A DNA stretch of 64,000 bases from Longimicrobiales bacterium (GTDB lineage: Bacteria; Gemmatimonadota; Gemmatimonadetes; Longimicrobiales; Gaopeijiaceae). Positions 1 to 8,791 of the stretch are shown in pieces; the stretch's first letter is position 1, and each line of letters starts with the position of its first letter. The stretch lies in contig JAWLHJ010000003.1 in NCBI GenBank assembly GCA_041690395.1, positions 64,001 through 128,000 on the forward strand, written 5' to 3'. Under the pieces are notes generated by a model. It searched no databases, had not been told where the DNA came from, and saw only the letters and a list, made by a program, of their open reading frames with translations. A program made the position numbers and the translations under genes.

Positions 1-2
1 TG

Positions 3-776
3 ATGACCGGAGGCAAGCGGCTGCGCCCCATCCTGTGCGCGACAGCCTACCGGGCCTGCGGAGGCGACGGGGCCCCCGCGGACATCTACGACCTCGCCGT
101 CACGCTCGAGCTGATCCACGCCTACTCCCTGGTGCACGACGACCTCCCGTGCATGGACGACGCCGAGCTCCGGCGCGGGACCCCCACCACGCATCGCGCG
201 CACGGCGAGACGAACGCGGTCCTCGCCGGTGCGGCGCTGATCCCGGCGGCCGCGCTGCAGGCCCTCCGCGCCGCCCGCGCGCTCGGCCGTGACGAGGGCG
301 CCGCCCGCGCGGTCGTACGCGCCCTGCTCGAGGCGGCGGGACCCGGCGGGATGGTCGGAGGGCAGTGGCTCGATCTCGAGGGAGAAGGGGCCCGGCTGAC
401 CGGACCGGAGCTCGATACCCTCCACGGCCGCAAGACCGGGGCGCTCCTGGCGGCATCGCTCGTCATGGGCGCGTCGGCCGCGGCGGCCGACGAGAAGACC
501 GTCGGCGCGCTGGAGGCGTACGGCAAGGCCATCGGTCTCGCGTTCCAGATCGCGGACGACGTGCTCGACGCGACCGCTTCGGCCGAGGTGCTCGGGAAGA
601 ACCCGAGCGACGCCACGCTCGACAAGTCGACCTACGTGTCCCTGCACGGGCTGGACGCCGCGCGGGCCAAGGCCCGGGACGTGGTGGCGTCGGCGCTGGC
701 CTCGCTCGACGCCGCCGGCCTGGACGCTCTGGCGCTCCGTGCGCTGGCGCATTACGTGATCGAGCGGGACCGGTAG
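3..776 (+). CDS. ispA: Polyprenyl (farnesyl/geranylgeranyl) diphosphate synthase, 5'-truncated by the window edge
   Basis: GGKRLRP, first Asp-rich motif LVHDDLPCMDD-LRRG, GQWLD, KTGALL, second motif FQIADDVLD, KSTY; lies directly upstream of dxs. Confidence 0.93.
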   Translation: MTGGKRLRPILCATAYRACGGDGAPADIYDLAVTLELIHAYSLVHDDLPCMDDAELRRGTPTTHRAHGETNAVLAGAALIPAAALQALRAARALGRDEGAARAVVRALLEAAGPGGMVGGQWLDLEGEGARLTGPELDTLHGRKTGALLAASLVMGASAAAADEKTVGALEAYGKAIGLAFQIADDVLDATASAEVLGKNPSDATLDKSTYVSLHGLDAARAKARDVVASALASLDAAGLDALALRALAHYVIERDR

Positions 777-824
777 TATCTTTCCTGTCCCCGATCGACA
801 ACGACGAGACGAAGGAGTGACGCG

Positions 825-2732
825 GTGTCCCTTCTGGACCGCATCCAGTATCCCCGGGACCTGAGACGACTCGAGCGCGAACAGCTCGATCAGGTCGTTC
901 AGGCGGTAAGAGAGCGACACATCGACGTGGTGTCCCAGAAGGGTGGCCATTTCGGGGCCAGCCTCGGTGTGGTCGAGCTGACCGTGGCCCTCCACTACGT
1001 CTACGACACGCCGCGTGATCAACTCGTGTGGGACACGGGCCACCAGGCCTACATCCACAAGATCCTGACCGGACGGAACGAGCAGCTGCCGACCATTCGC
1101 ACGCGGCACGGGCTCGCCCCGTTCTTGCGGCGCGACGAGTCCGAGTACGACGCATTCGGGGCGGGGCACGCCTCCACGTCGATCTCGGCGGCCTGGGGCA
1201 TGGCCGTGGGACGTGATCTAACCAGTCAGGACTTCGACGTCGTCGCCATCATCGGCGACGGTGCCATGGGATGCGGCTTGGCCTACGAGGCGCTGAACAA
1301 CGCCGGCCATACGGACCGGGACTTCGTGGTCGTCCTCAACGACAACGACATGTCCATCGCGCCCGCGGTCGGGGCCATGAACAAGTACCTGACCGGGATG
1401 ATCACCAACCCGGCCTACAACAAGGCGCGGAAGCTGGTGAAGGAGATCCTCCACCGGACCCCCTCGGCGCTCGGCGAGGTGATGGAGGAGGTCGCGGGCC
1501 GGCTCGAGGAGAGCGTCAAGCACATGCTCACGCCGGGGCTCATCTTCGAGGAGCTCGGGTTCACCTACGTCGGGCCGATCGACGGACACGACGTCCAGCA
1601 GCTCGTCGACACGTTCCGGCGCGTGAAGGACATGAAGGGCCCCATTCTCGTGCACGCGATCACACAGAAGGGGCGGGGCTTCGCACAGGCCGAGGACGAC
1701 CCATGGACCTGGCACGCTTCCGGGCCGTTCGACAAGGTCACGGGGAAGGGGACCAAGTCGTCCAAAGGGCTGCCCCGCTACCAGAACGTGTTCGGTAGAG
1801 GGCTCATCCAACTCGCCGACGCCGACCCGAAGGTCTGCGCCATCACGGCCGCCATGCCGGACGGCACGTCGACGGACATGTTCCAGGAAGCCCATCCCGA
1901 CCGGTACTTCGATGTCGGGATCGCCGAGGGGCACGGCGTGACGTTCGCGGCCGGCCTCGCCACACAGGGCGTGAAGCCGATCGTCGCCATCTACTCGACG
2001 TTCCTGCAGCGCGCGTACGACAACATCGTGCACGACGTCGCCCTTCAGGGGCTGCCGGTCGTGTTCGGCATGGACCGGGCCGGTATCGCCGGCGAGGACG
2101 GGCCTACCCACCACGGGACGCTCGACATCGCCTACATGCTGTCGATTCCGGGGATGACCGTGACCGCGCCCAAGGACGGAGCCGAGATGCTCGCGCTCCT
2201 CCGGCTCGGCACCGAGCAGGACGAGGGCCCGTGGTCCGTGCGCTGGCCCCGTGACGCCGTGCCGGCCGAGGTGCCGCACCTGTCCGAGATCGAGGCGGTC
2301 GAGCCCTTCACCTGGGAGATCCTCAGAAACGGGGGTGACGTGGTGTTCCTCGCCACCGGCACCATGGTCGGGACGTCGCTCGAAGCGGCGGACGTCCTGG
2401 CGGAGCAGGGGATCCGGGCCAGTGTGGTCAACTGCCGCTTCCTCAAGCCGTACGACCGGCAGGTTTTCGAGGAGATGGTGCGGAGCCACCCGGTCGTCAT
2501 GACCGTCGAGGAGGGTCAGGTCACCAACGGGTTCGGAGCGTTCATGAGCCGCGAGATCGATGCTCTGGACCTCGAGACCCGGCCGAAGGTGGTCACGCTC
2601 GGCATTCCCGACCGCTTCATCGAGCACGGGGGGCGGGGCGAGCTCCTGGCCGAGATCGGTCTCGATGCCGCTGGCGTCGCCGCGTCCGCGCAGCGGGCCC
2701 TCGGCCGGACGGCGTCGGTACGCACCGGGTGA
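825..2732 (+). CDS. dxs: 1-deoxy-D-xylulose-5-phosphate synthase
   Basis: GGHFGASLG, WDTGHQAY, TPP-binding GDGA...NDN, FDVGIAE, YSTFLQRAYD, DRAG..GEDGPTHHG; RBS AAGGAG before GTG. Confidence 0.98.
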   Translation: MSLLDRIQYPRDLRRLEREQLDQVVQAVRERHIDVVSQKGGHFGASLGVVELTVALHYVYDTPRDQLVWDTGHQAYIHKILTGRNEQLPTIRTRHGLAPFLRRDESEYDAFGAGHASTSISAAWGMAVGRDLTSQDFDVVAIIGDGAMGCGLAYEALNNAGHTDRDFVVVLNDNDMSIAPAVGAMNKYLTGMITNPAYNKARKLVKEILHRTPSALGEVMEEVAGRLEESVKHMLTPGLIFEELGFTYVGPIDGHDVQQLVDTFRRVKDMKGPILVHAITQKGRGFAQAEDDPWTWHASGPFDKVTGKGTKSSKGLPRYQNVFGRGLIQLADADPKVCAITAAMPDGTSTDMFQEAHPDRYFDVGIAEGHGVTFAAGLATQGVKPIVAIYSTFLQRAYDNIVHDVALQGLPVVFGMDRAGIAGEDGPTHHGTLDIAYMLSIPGMTVTAPKDGAEMLALLRLGTEQDEGPWSVRWPRDAVPAEVPHLSEIEAVEPFTWEILRNGGDVVFLATGTMVGTSLEAADVLAEQGIRASVVNCRFLKPYDRQVFEEMVRSHPVVMTVEEGQVTNGFGAFMSREIDALDLETRPKVVTLGIPDRFIEHGGRGELLAEIGLDAAGVAASAQRALGRTASVRTG

Positions 2733-3640
2733 CGGTGTCGGGTCGGGCCCGGTTCGAGGGTCCGCTGAAGAGCATCGGTGTGGTGCTCCGCAGCGAGAGC
2801 CCCGAGGTGAGCGCGGTCCTCGACCGCCTGGGCGCGTTCTGCGACCGGCACGACATCCGCGTGGTCTTCGAGCGCCGCTCGGAGGTGGTCCCCGAAGGTG
2901 CCGACGTCCAGGAGATGGGCAACGGCGGCCTCGACCTGGTGGTCGCACTCGGCGGTGACGGAACGCTGCTGCGGGCCGCGCGCTCGGTCATCGGCACGGG
3001 CATCCCCGTGCTGGGCGTGAACCTAGGCCGACTCGGCTTCCTCACCTCGCTCCCGGCGGACGAACTGGAGTGGGGCCTCGAGCACGTGTTGAGCGGCAAC
3101 GCCTACCTCGACGTCCGTTTCACGCTGCGGACGACCATCGAAGGCGGCGACGACGACGCGGGGCCGTACTTCGCCCTGAACGACGTCGTGATCCACACCC
3201 GAGGGGCGGCACGCGTCACGCCCATGAACATCGAGGTGGGTCACTCGGGCGTGTTCGAGCAGGCGGGCAGCTTTTCGGCCGATGGGGTCATCCTGGCGAC
3301 ACCGACGGGCTCGACGGCCTATTCGATGTCGGCCGGTGGCCCCATCGTGGCCCCCGAAGTCGAGTGCATTGTGATCACGCCGATCTGCCCGCACTCGCTC
3401 GCCGTGCGCCCCCTGGTCGTACCGGCCTCGCGTGAGATCCGCATCAGCTTGCTCGGCAAGCAGGTCGGACACCAGCTCACGGTGGACGGGCAGGTGGTCC
3501 GCGCACTGGACACGGACGACGCGGTCTTGGTCGGCCGGGAACGCGAGCCCGTGCCCCTGGTCCGGTTCCCCGGACAGTCCTTCCTGGACACCCTGCGGCG
3601 CAAGCTGAACTGGGCCGCCAAGCCACCCGAGCGTGCCTGA
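2729..3640 (+). CDS. nadK: NAD kinase
   Basis: GGDGT motif, GVNLGRLGFL, LND, DGVILATPTGSTAYSMSAGGP; GTGA overlap with dxs stop. Confidence 0.96.
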   Translation: MTVSGRARFEGPLKSIGVVLRSESPEVSAVLDRLGAFCDRHDIRVVFERRSEVVPEGADVQEMGNGGLDLVVALGGDGTLLRAARSVIGTGIPVLGVNLGRLGFLTSLPADELEWGLEHVLSGNAYLDVRFTLRTTIEGGDDDAGPYFALNDVVIHTRGAARVTPMNIEVGHSGVFEQAGSFSADGVILATPTGSTAYSMSAGGPIVAPEVECIVITPICPHSLAVRPLVVPASREIRISLLGKQVGHQLTVDGQVVRALDTDDAVLVGREREPVPLVRFPGQSFLDTLRRKLNWAAKPPERA

Positions 3641-3703
3641 GCGACGACTCCGTCCGATCGAGCCATTGTAGGACCCGCCCGGACCGCTCACCTTTGAGCG
3701 ACC

Positions 3704-5365
3704 ATGCTTTCCGAACTCCGCATCCGCGACTACGCGGTCGTCGACGACCTGACGCTGACGCTCGCCCCGGGGCTGAACGTGCTGACCGGTGAGACGGGCG
3801 CGGGTAAGTCGATCATCGTCGGGGCGCTGTCCCTCCTGCTCGGCGAGCGTGCATCGTCCTCGGTGGTGCGGACCGGCGCGGACCGCGCCACCGTGGAGGC
3901 GGTCTTCGACATCGCCGACCTCCCGGCCGTTCGCGACCGGCTCGACGAGCTCGGCTTCCGTGCGGACGACGACATGCTGATCCTGCGACGCGAAGTCGCC
4001 GCGGAGGGTCGGAACCGTGCCTGGGTCAACGGATCCCCCGCGACCGCGGGCGTGGTCGGCGAGCTCGGGACGGCGTTGGTGGACCTGCACGGGCAGCACG
4101 AGCATCAGACGCTTCTGAGGCAACGTGAGCAACGGGACATCCTCGACGCGTTCGCCGGCTCGACGGGCGACGCCGAGGCGGTCGCCGAGGCCTACCGGCA
4201 GCTCCAGGCGCTGGAGGCCGAGCGCGACGCCAAGGAGGAGCGGCGTCGCGACGTGGAGAGCCGGGCCGACTTCCTGAGGTTCCAGCTCTCGGAGATCGAC
4301 GAGGCGGACCTCGCCCCGGGCGAGGACGAGCAGCTCGAGGAGGAAGCCGGCCGGCACGAGCACGCCGAAGAGCTGGTCCAGGGCACGACCGGTGCGAGCG
4401 ACGTGCTGTACGCCGGGGACGAGTCCGTCTCGGACCGGGTCGCCGACGTCCGGCATACGTTACGGGATCTGGCCCGGTTCGATACGAGCCTGGCCGGACA
4501 CGCCGACGCGTTGGACGAGGCCTACCACCTCATTGCCGAGGTCGGCCGCGCCCTCGGCGACTACGCCACGTCGATCGATCACGACCCCGCGCGCCTCGAG
4601 GAGGTACGCCGACGCCTCGACCGGATCTTCAGGCTCAAGCGCAAGTACGGCCCCGAACTCGCGGACGTGCTCGCCACGGCGCAGCGGGTCCGCACGGAGC
4701 TCGCCGAGCTCGACGCCGCGGAGCACGACATGAGCGAGCTGGAGCGCAGGATCGGCGAGGCGGAAAAGGGGCTCGGAGTGGTCGCCGAACGCCTGAGCGA
4801 GAAGCGGCGTGAGGCCGCGCTCCGACTCCGACGCGAGGTCGAGGCGCAGCTTCCCGACCTCGGGCTGAAAGGCGCGTCGTTCGAGGTGCGCCTGACCCCG
4901 TACGACTCCGTGTCGGCCGGAGGCGCCGAGGGCGTCGAGTTCCTGGTCTCGCCGAACCCGGGCTTCGATCCCATGCCGCTAGCTCGCATCGCCAGTGGCG
5001 GTGAGCTGTCACGCGTAATGCTGGCCCTCAAGGCGATCCTCGCGGAGGTGGACCACGTTCCGGTCCTCATCTTCGACGAGATCGACGCCGGGATCGGAGG
5101 CGCGGTCGGGGCGGCCGTCGGAGAGAAGCTTCGGGACGTCGCGGCGCGCCACCAGGTGTTCGTCGTCACCCATCTCGCACAGGTCGCGTCCAGGGCCAAC
5201 CACCACCTGCTGGTCGAGAAGAAGGTCGACGGCGAGGCGCCGACCGCAACCAGGGTGCGCGCCCTTTCGGACGACGCGCGGGTCGAGGAGATCGCGCGCA
5301 TGCTCGGCGGCGATCCGGGGTCCGCCACCTCGCGTGAGCATGCCAGGGAGCTGCTCACGGGGTAG
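3704..5365 (+). CDS. recN: DNA repair protein RecN
   Basis: LTGETGAGKS Walker A, HGQHEHQ, coiled coil, ASGGELSR signature, FDEIDAG Walker B, VTHLAQVA, EIARMLGG. Confidence 0.97.
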   Translation: MLSELRIRDYAVVDDLTLTLAPGLNVLTGETGAGKSIIVGALSLLLGERASSSVVRTGADRATVEAVFDIADLPAVRDRLDELGFRADDDMLILRREVAAEGRNRAWVNGSPATAGVVGELGTALVDLHGQHEHQTLLRQREQRDILDAFAGSTGDAEAVAEAYRQLQALEAERDAKEERRRDVESRADFLRFQLSEIDEADLAPGEDEQLEEEAGRHEHAEELVQGTTGASDVLYAGDESVSDRVADVRHTLRDLARFDTSLAGHADALDEAYHLIAEVGRALGDYATSIDHDPARLEEVRRRLDRIFRLKRKYGPELADVLATAQRVRTELAELDAAEHDMSELERRIGEAEKGLGVVAERLSEKRREAALRLRREVEAQLPDLGLKGASFEVRLTPYDSVSAGGAEGVEFLVSPNPGFDPMPLARIASGGELSRVMLALKAILAEVDHVPVLIFDEIDAGIGGAVGAAVGEKLRDVAARHQVFVVTHLAQVASRANHHLLVEKKVDGEAPTATRVRALSDDARVEEIARMLGGDPGSATSREHARELLTG

Positions 5366-5388
5366 AGGCCCGCGGCGGGATGGCGTCT

Positions 5389-7002
5389 TCAGCCGCCCCA
5401 GATCCGGGCGAACAGCGCGCCCGAAAGCTCGATCCGTGTGGCCGCTGGCGACCGCGCGCCCCCGATGGCGCGCAGGAGCCGCAGGCGGAACCGGAGCGGG
5501 CGGGTTTCGAGGCGCGGCGTGGTCGTGTCGTAGGTCAGGGCGCCGCCGACACGGTGCAGGGACGATCCCCGTCCGAGCGGCACCGGTGCAGCCCCATCGG
5601 TCGGCGTAAACGCAGGCGCGTCTTGCTGTAAGAAGCGATAGCTCGCGCTCAGGGTAAGCTCGGGAACGAGCTTGAGCCCGGGCTCGACCTCGAGGCCCAG
5701 GTAGCGCCCGGGGGACCACTCGAACACGGCTCGCCGGTCGACCGGGACCAGTGGTTCGTCCGCCACCCCGACTCGCATCGCGAGCAGCCGCGAGCCCTGC
5801 ATGCCGTACAGGGCGCCCGCGCGAAGCGAGAGGGTCCGGCCGGCGGTGCCGTGCGCGCTCGCGCGGACCTCGACGTCGGTCTGGCCGTCTCCCGTGCCGA
5901 GCGACAGCGGAACGTCCGGATCCGGCGCGCGACCCGTGCCGAGGCGCACCAAGACTCCGGCCAGGACGTCGACGCTCCAGGGTGGGATGTCGGCTCCCCG
6001 GTCGCCGAGCTGGAGCACACGAACGAGCGTGGACAGCTCGACATCGCCCAGGCCCCAGAGGCTCGTGCGGGTCCGCAGGGGCTCATCGTAGCCGAGGGGG
6101 GCGTACCGGGCCGGGAGCGTCTCGAGATCACTCTCGGACGGGCGCTCAGTGGCCAGCACGAGCGGCGCGTCGAGGCCGTCCAGACCAGCGGCCCGCAACT
6201 CCGCGTCGAGGGTCGCGACCTCCGAGGCGAGAACCGTGCCGGCCGGCGAGGCGTCGAGGAGGAAGAAAGGCGCCGCCGCGTACGCGGTCGTCAGGCCGCT
6301 GCTCATGCGAGCAGCGTTCTCCGCCAACGCCTGCGCGGAAGCGCAGCTCGGGTCGCCGGCCGCGCAAAGGTCGTCGGCACTGGCACTTGCGGTTGCCCGG
6401 GCGTCGGCGAGGTCGAGAAGGAAGGCGTCCACCGCACCGGGGTCGCTGATCCCCGGCGACACGCCCAGATCGCCGGCGAGGGTGTCGGGGGTGAACACGA
6501 GGTCGATCGCCGTCCGGTTCTTGATCCGAGGGATCATCGCGCCGATGGTCCACCAGTCGGTGATCCCGAGGTGGATGCCGAAGTCGATCCGCGTCACGTC
6601 GTGCGACACGCGCCCGTCCACGGCGCCTATGGCCGGAGTGTACTCCGGATCGCCGAGAAGCCCGCGCATCTCGGCCACGAAGTCGGAGCTCCCCCCAAAG
6701 AGATCCAGAGCCGACGGCGAGGAGAGGCCCGCCCCCAGCGGTACGCGCCCGTCATCAGCGAAGCGCTCCTCCCAGGCCGTGAACGAGGGCCATCCGGAAA
6801 GCCGCAGCGTTCCCGCCGGCACCAGCCGGTCGTCCAGGAGCTGGGCCCCCAAGCCAACCGGCGACACGCTCGTCGAGGCCCACAGGAGGCCGGCCAGGCC
6901 GATCGAGAACAGGAGAGCAGGGGAGCCCCTGCGCGAGCGACCGCTGCCCGGAAAGCGCGTGAGAGGCCGTGGGGTGGGCGCGTATGGCAGGGTATCAGGC
7001 AT
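5389..7002 (-). CDS. Hypothetical exported, probably outer-membrane beta-barrel-like protein
   Basis: Long ORF filling the space between recN and the tRNAs; hydrophobic signal-like segment (LLFSIGLAGLLWAS...LGAQ); alternating beta-strand patterns and aromatic C-terminus (ELSGALFARIWGG); start uncertain (ATG 7002 chosen). Confidence 0.6.
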   Translation of the reverse strand: MPDTLPYAPTPRPLTRFPGSGRSRRGSPALLFSIGLAGLLWASTSVSPVGLGAQLLDDRLVPAGTLRLSGWPSFTAWEERFADDGRVPLGAGLSSPSALDLFGGSSDFVAEMRGLLGDPEYTPAIGAVDGRVSHDVTRIDFGIHLGITDWWTIGAMIPRIKNRTAIDLVFTPDTLAGDLGVSPGISDPGAVDAFLLDLADARATASASADDLCAAGDPSCASAQALAENAARMSSGLTTAYAAAPFFLLDASPAGTVLASEVATLDAELRAAGLDGLDAPLVLATERPSESDLETLPARYAPLGYDEPLRTRTSLWGLGDVELSTLVRVLQLGDRGADIPPWSVDVLAGVLVRLGTGRAPDPDVPLSLGTGDGQTDVEVRASAHGTAGRTLSLRAGALYGMQGSRLLAMRVGVADEPLVPVDRRAVFEWSPGRYLGLEVEPGLKLVPELTLSASYRFLQQDAPAFTPTDGAAPVPLGRGSSLHRVGGALTYDTTTPRLETRPLRFRLRLLRAIGGARSPAATRIELSGALFARIWGG

Positions 7003-7125
7003 CGCAGAACATAAGGCGAGCGCCGCGAGCACGTACAGCCCGAACGCGCTGCCACCGGACCCCTTCGCACCCTCCCGAGATCGACCCGTCCGGGCCGGAA
7101 CGCCAACTCACGCCGAGAAGGGTCG

Positions 7126-7154
7126 TTGACCGGGCCGCACCCTTTTTCTAGGTT
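7126..7154 (+). promoter_or_regulatory. sigma70-type promoter of the tRNA operon
   Basis: TTGACC-17 bp-TAGGTT ending 18 bp upstream of tRNA-Gly. Confidence 0.65.
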
Positions 7155-7172
7155 GATACCGCTGTAAACATT

Positions 7173-7245
7173 GCGGGAATAGCTCAGTTGGTAGAGCACA
7201 ACCTTGCCAAGGTTGGGGTCGCCGGTTCGAGTCCGGTTTCCCGCT
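7173..7245 (+). tRNA. tRNA-Gly (GCC)
   Basis: Acceptor GCGGGAA/TTCCCGC, D arm AGCTCAGTTGGTAGAGC, anticodon arm CAACC-TTGCCAA-GGTTG, T loop GGTTCGAGTCC; CCA not encoded. Confidence 0.97.
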
Positions 7246-7251
7246 CTGTCG

Positions 7252-7290
7252 GCGAAGGGGGCGGCAGCTCAAGCTGTTCGCTCCCTTCGC
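7252..7290 (+). other. Stem-loop in the inter-tRNA spacer
   Basis: GCGAAGGGG GCGGCAGC-TCAA-GCTGTTCGC TCCCTTCGC imperfect inverted repeat. Confidence 0.6.
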
Positions 7291-7294
7291 GTTT

Positions 7295-7365
7295 GGCGCC
7301 GTGGCCAAGTGGTAAGGCAGAGGACTGCAAATCCTTTATCCCCGGTTCGAATCCGGGCGGCGCCT
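7295..7365 (+). tRNA. tRNA-Cys (GCA)
   Basis: Acceptor GGCGCCG/CGGCGCC, D arm GCCAAGTGGTAAGGC, anticodon arm GAGGA-CTGCAAA-TCCTT, T arm CCCGG-TTCGAAT-CCGGG, discriminator T; CCA not encoded. Confidence 0.97.
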
Positions 7366-7830
7366 CTCAAAAGACTCGAAGAACGGTCAGGCTCCCAAGG
7401 GCCTGGCCGTTCTTTGTATCGAGAGGCTGCGAGCGCCGCCCGGATGGCGCGCTGTAGCGCGCCGCGCCGGCTTCACCGGCGCTCGAACCGCAGGTTCGAC
7501 CCTCGCGGCCAAGCGGGTTCTCGGTAGACCCGAGGGGCCTCCCCGCGTGGGGAGCGAGGATCGCCGCAGGCGACCGCAGCTCAATCCGGGCGGCGCCTCT
7601 CAAAAGACTCGAAGAACGGTCAGGCTCCCAAGGGCCTGGCCGTTCTTTGTATCGAGAGGCTGCGAGCGCCGCCCGGATGGCGCGCTGTAGCGCGCCGCGC
7701 CGGCTTCACCGGCGCTCGAACCGCAGGTTCGACCCTCGCGGCCAAGCGGGTTCTCGGTAGACCCGAGGGGCCTCCCCGCGTGGGGAGCGAGGATCGCCGC
7801 AGGCGACCGGAGTTCAATCCGGGCGGCGCC
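7350..7830 (+). repeat. tRNA-linked tandem repeat: two 233-bp units plus a third copy of the tRNA-Cys 3' end
   Basis: AATCCGGGCGGCGCC starts at 7350, 7583 and 7816 (period 233); units 7350-7582 and 7583-7815 appear identical except two bases near their ends (GCAGCTC vs GGAGTTC). Confidence 0.95.
7379..7419 (+). terminator. Intrinsic terminator-like hairpin after tRNA-Cys (repeated at 7612-7652)
   Basis: AAGAACGGTCAGGC...GCCTGGCCGTTCTT stem followed by TGTAT; U-tract is short. Confidence 0.55.
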
Positions 7831-7951
7831 GCGCTCCCAGGGGTGTCCGTTCTCTGGGATAGTCCGCAGGGCAGTGGGTGAGTCGCACAGCGACGAAGGG
7901 GAGGCGTACTACGGTTCCTCCGTCTGGCTCGCTTTCTCGCGTCCTCGCAAC

Positions 7952-7970
7952 TCGTTCGACTTTCGAACGA
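7952..7970. promoter_or_regulatory. Palindromic operator-like site, copy 1
   Basis: TCGTTCGA-CTT-TCGAACGA perfect 8-bp inverted repeat. Confidence 0.45.
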
Positions 7971-8060
7971 TCTCTTCGGTCACGCAGACGAACAGTTAGG
8001 CTTCAGAGGCCCCGTGTGACGAGGAGAATCATGCGAAGAGCACCTCAAGAGGTCGACTAC

Positions 8061-8085
8061 AAGTCGTTCGACTTTCGAACGACTT
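8061..8085. promoter_or_regulatory. Palindromic operator-like site, copy 2
   Basis: AAGTCGTTCGA-CTT-TCGAACGACTT with 11-bp arms; same 19-bp core as copy 1, 112 bp downstream. Confidence 0.45.
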
Positions 8086-8350
8086 TCGAACCTGTGGGAA
8101 AGAGACCGACGCGTAGGATTGGCCCTGTGCCGGACGCGCCAGACGGGCCCGCCCAAAGTCGTTGCTGAATCCGAGTCCTGCGCCTACGTTGGCCAAGTGT
8201 CGCCGAGTCCCGGTCAACGAGGCGCGCGAGCTGTGCAACTCTGGCCTCGGATCTCGTCATACCTGACAGAGCCGAGATTTGCGCCGAAAGCTCCCAGGAC
8301 CGCTCGGATCTTGTCGGCGCCGGAGTCGGAATTCACGGGGAGGTTGCGCC

Positions 8351-8779
8351 GTGCTGAGGAAGCGAGTCGCCGTTGTTCTGGCTGTCGCCGTGGTCGCCGG
8401 GTCCTGCATGGCCAGCTACCCAGCCGCCGACCCCTTCGCCGGTCCTCCGCCGGGGGCCGAGCGACCGGGCACCCCCATGTACCAGGTGTCCTTCGGGGGA
8501 AAGTGTGGCATCTGCAACGTGAGTCTGGATGTTGCGGGCCGGCGCGACGTGTACGTGGACACGACCCTGATCGTTCGTCGACACCGGATACCGGCGATGC
8601 CGGGGGCCGTCGTGGTCATGAATGTCGCACCGGTGGGCGATTGGGGTCCGGTCGAGCGCATCGAGATCCGAGTGAACGGAGAAGTCATCGCCGAGGCCAG
8701 CAACGGAGAGCTCGATGGCCTTCCGGGTACCGAAAACGGCGGGGCTCTGTCTATCCGCGCCGTTCTTCCGCAGAACTAG
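8351..8779 (+). CDS. Hypothetical exported protein / putative lipoprotein
   Basis: RBS GGGGAGG before GTG; basic N-terminus, hydrophobic stretch, then VAGSC; beta-rich body with CGIC. Confidence 0.6.
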   Translation: MLRKRVAVVLAVAVVAGSCMASYPAADPFAGPPPGAERPGTPMYQVSFGGKCGICNVSLDVAGRRDVYVDTTLIVRRHRIPAMPGAVVVMNVAPVGDWGPVERIEIRVNGEVIAEASNGELDGLPGTENGGALSIRAVLPQN

Positions 8780-8791
8780 AGGAGCACCATC

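Noticed and set aside
7350..7830. CRISPR array interpretation of the repeats after tRNA-Cys
   Set aside because: The sequences between the 15-bp repeats are 218 bp long and nearly identical rather than unique spacers, and no cas genes are in the window.
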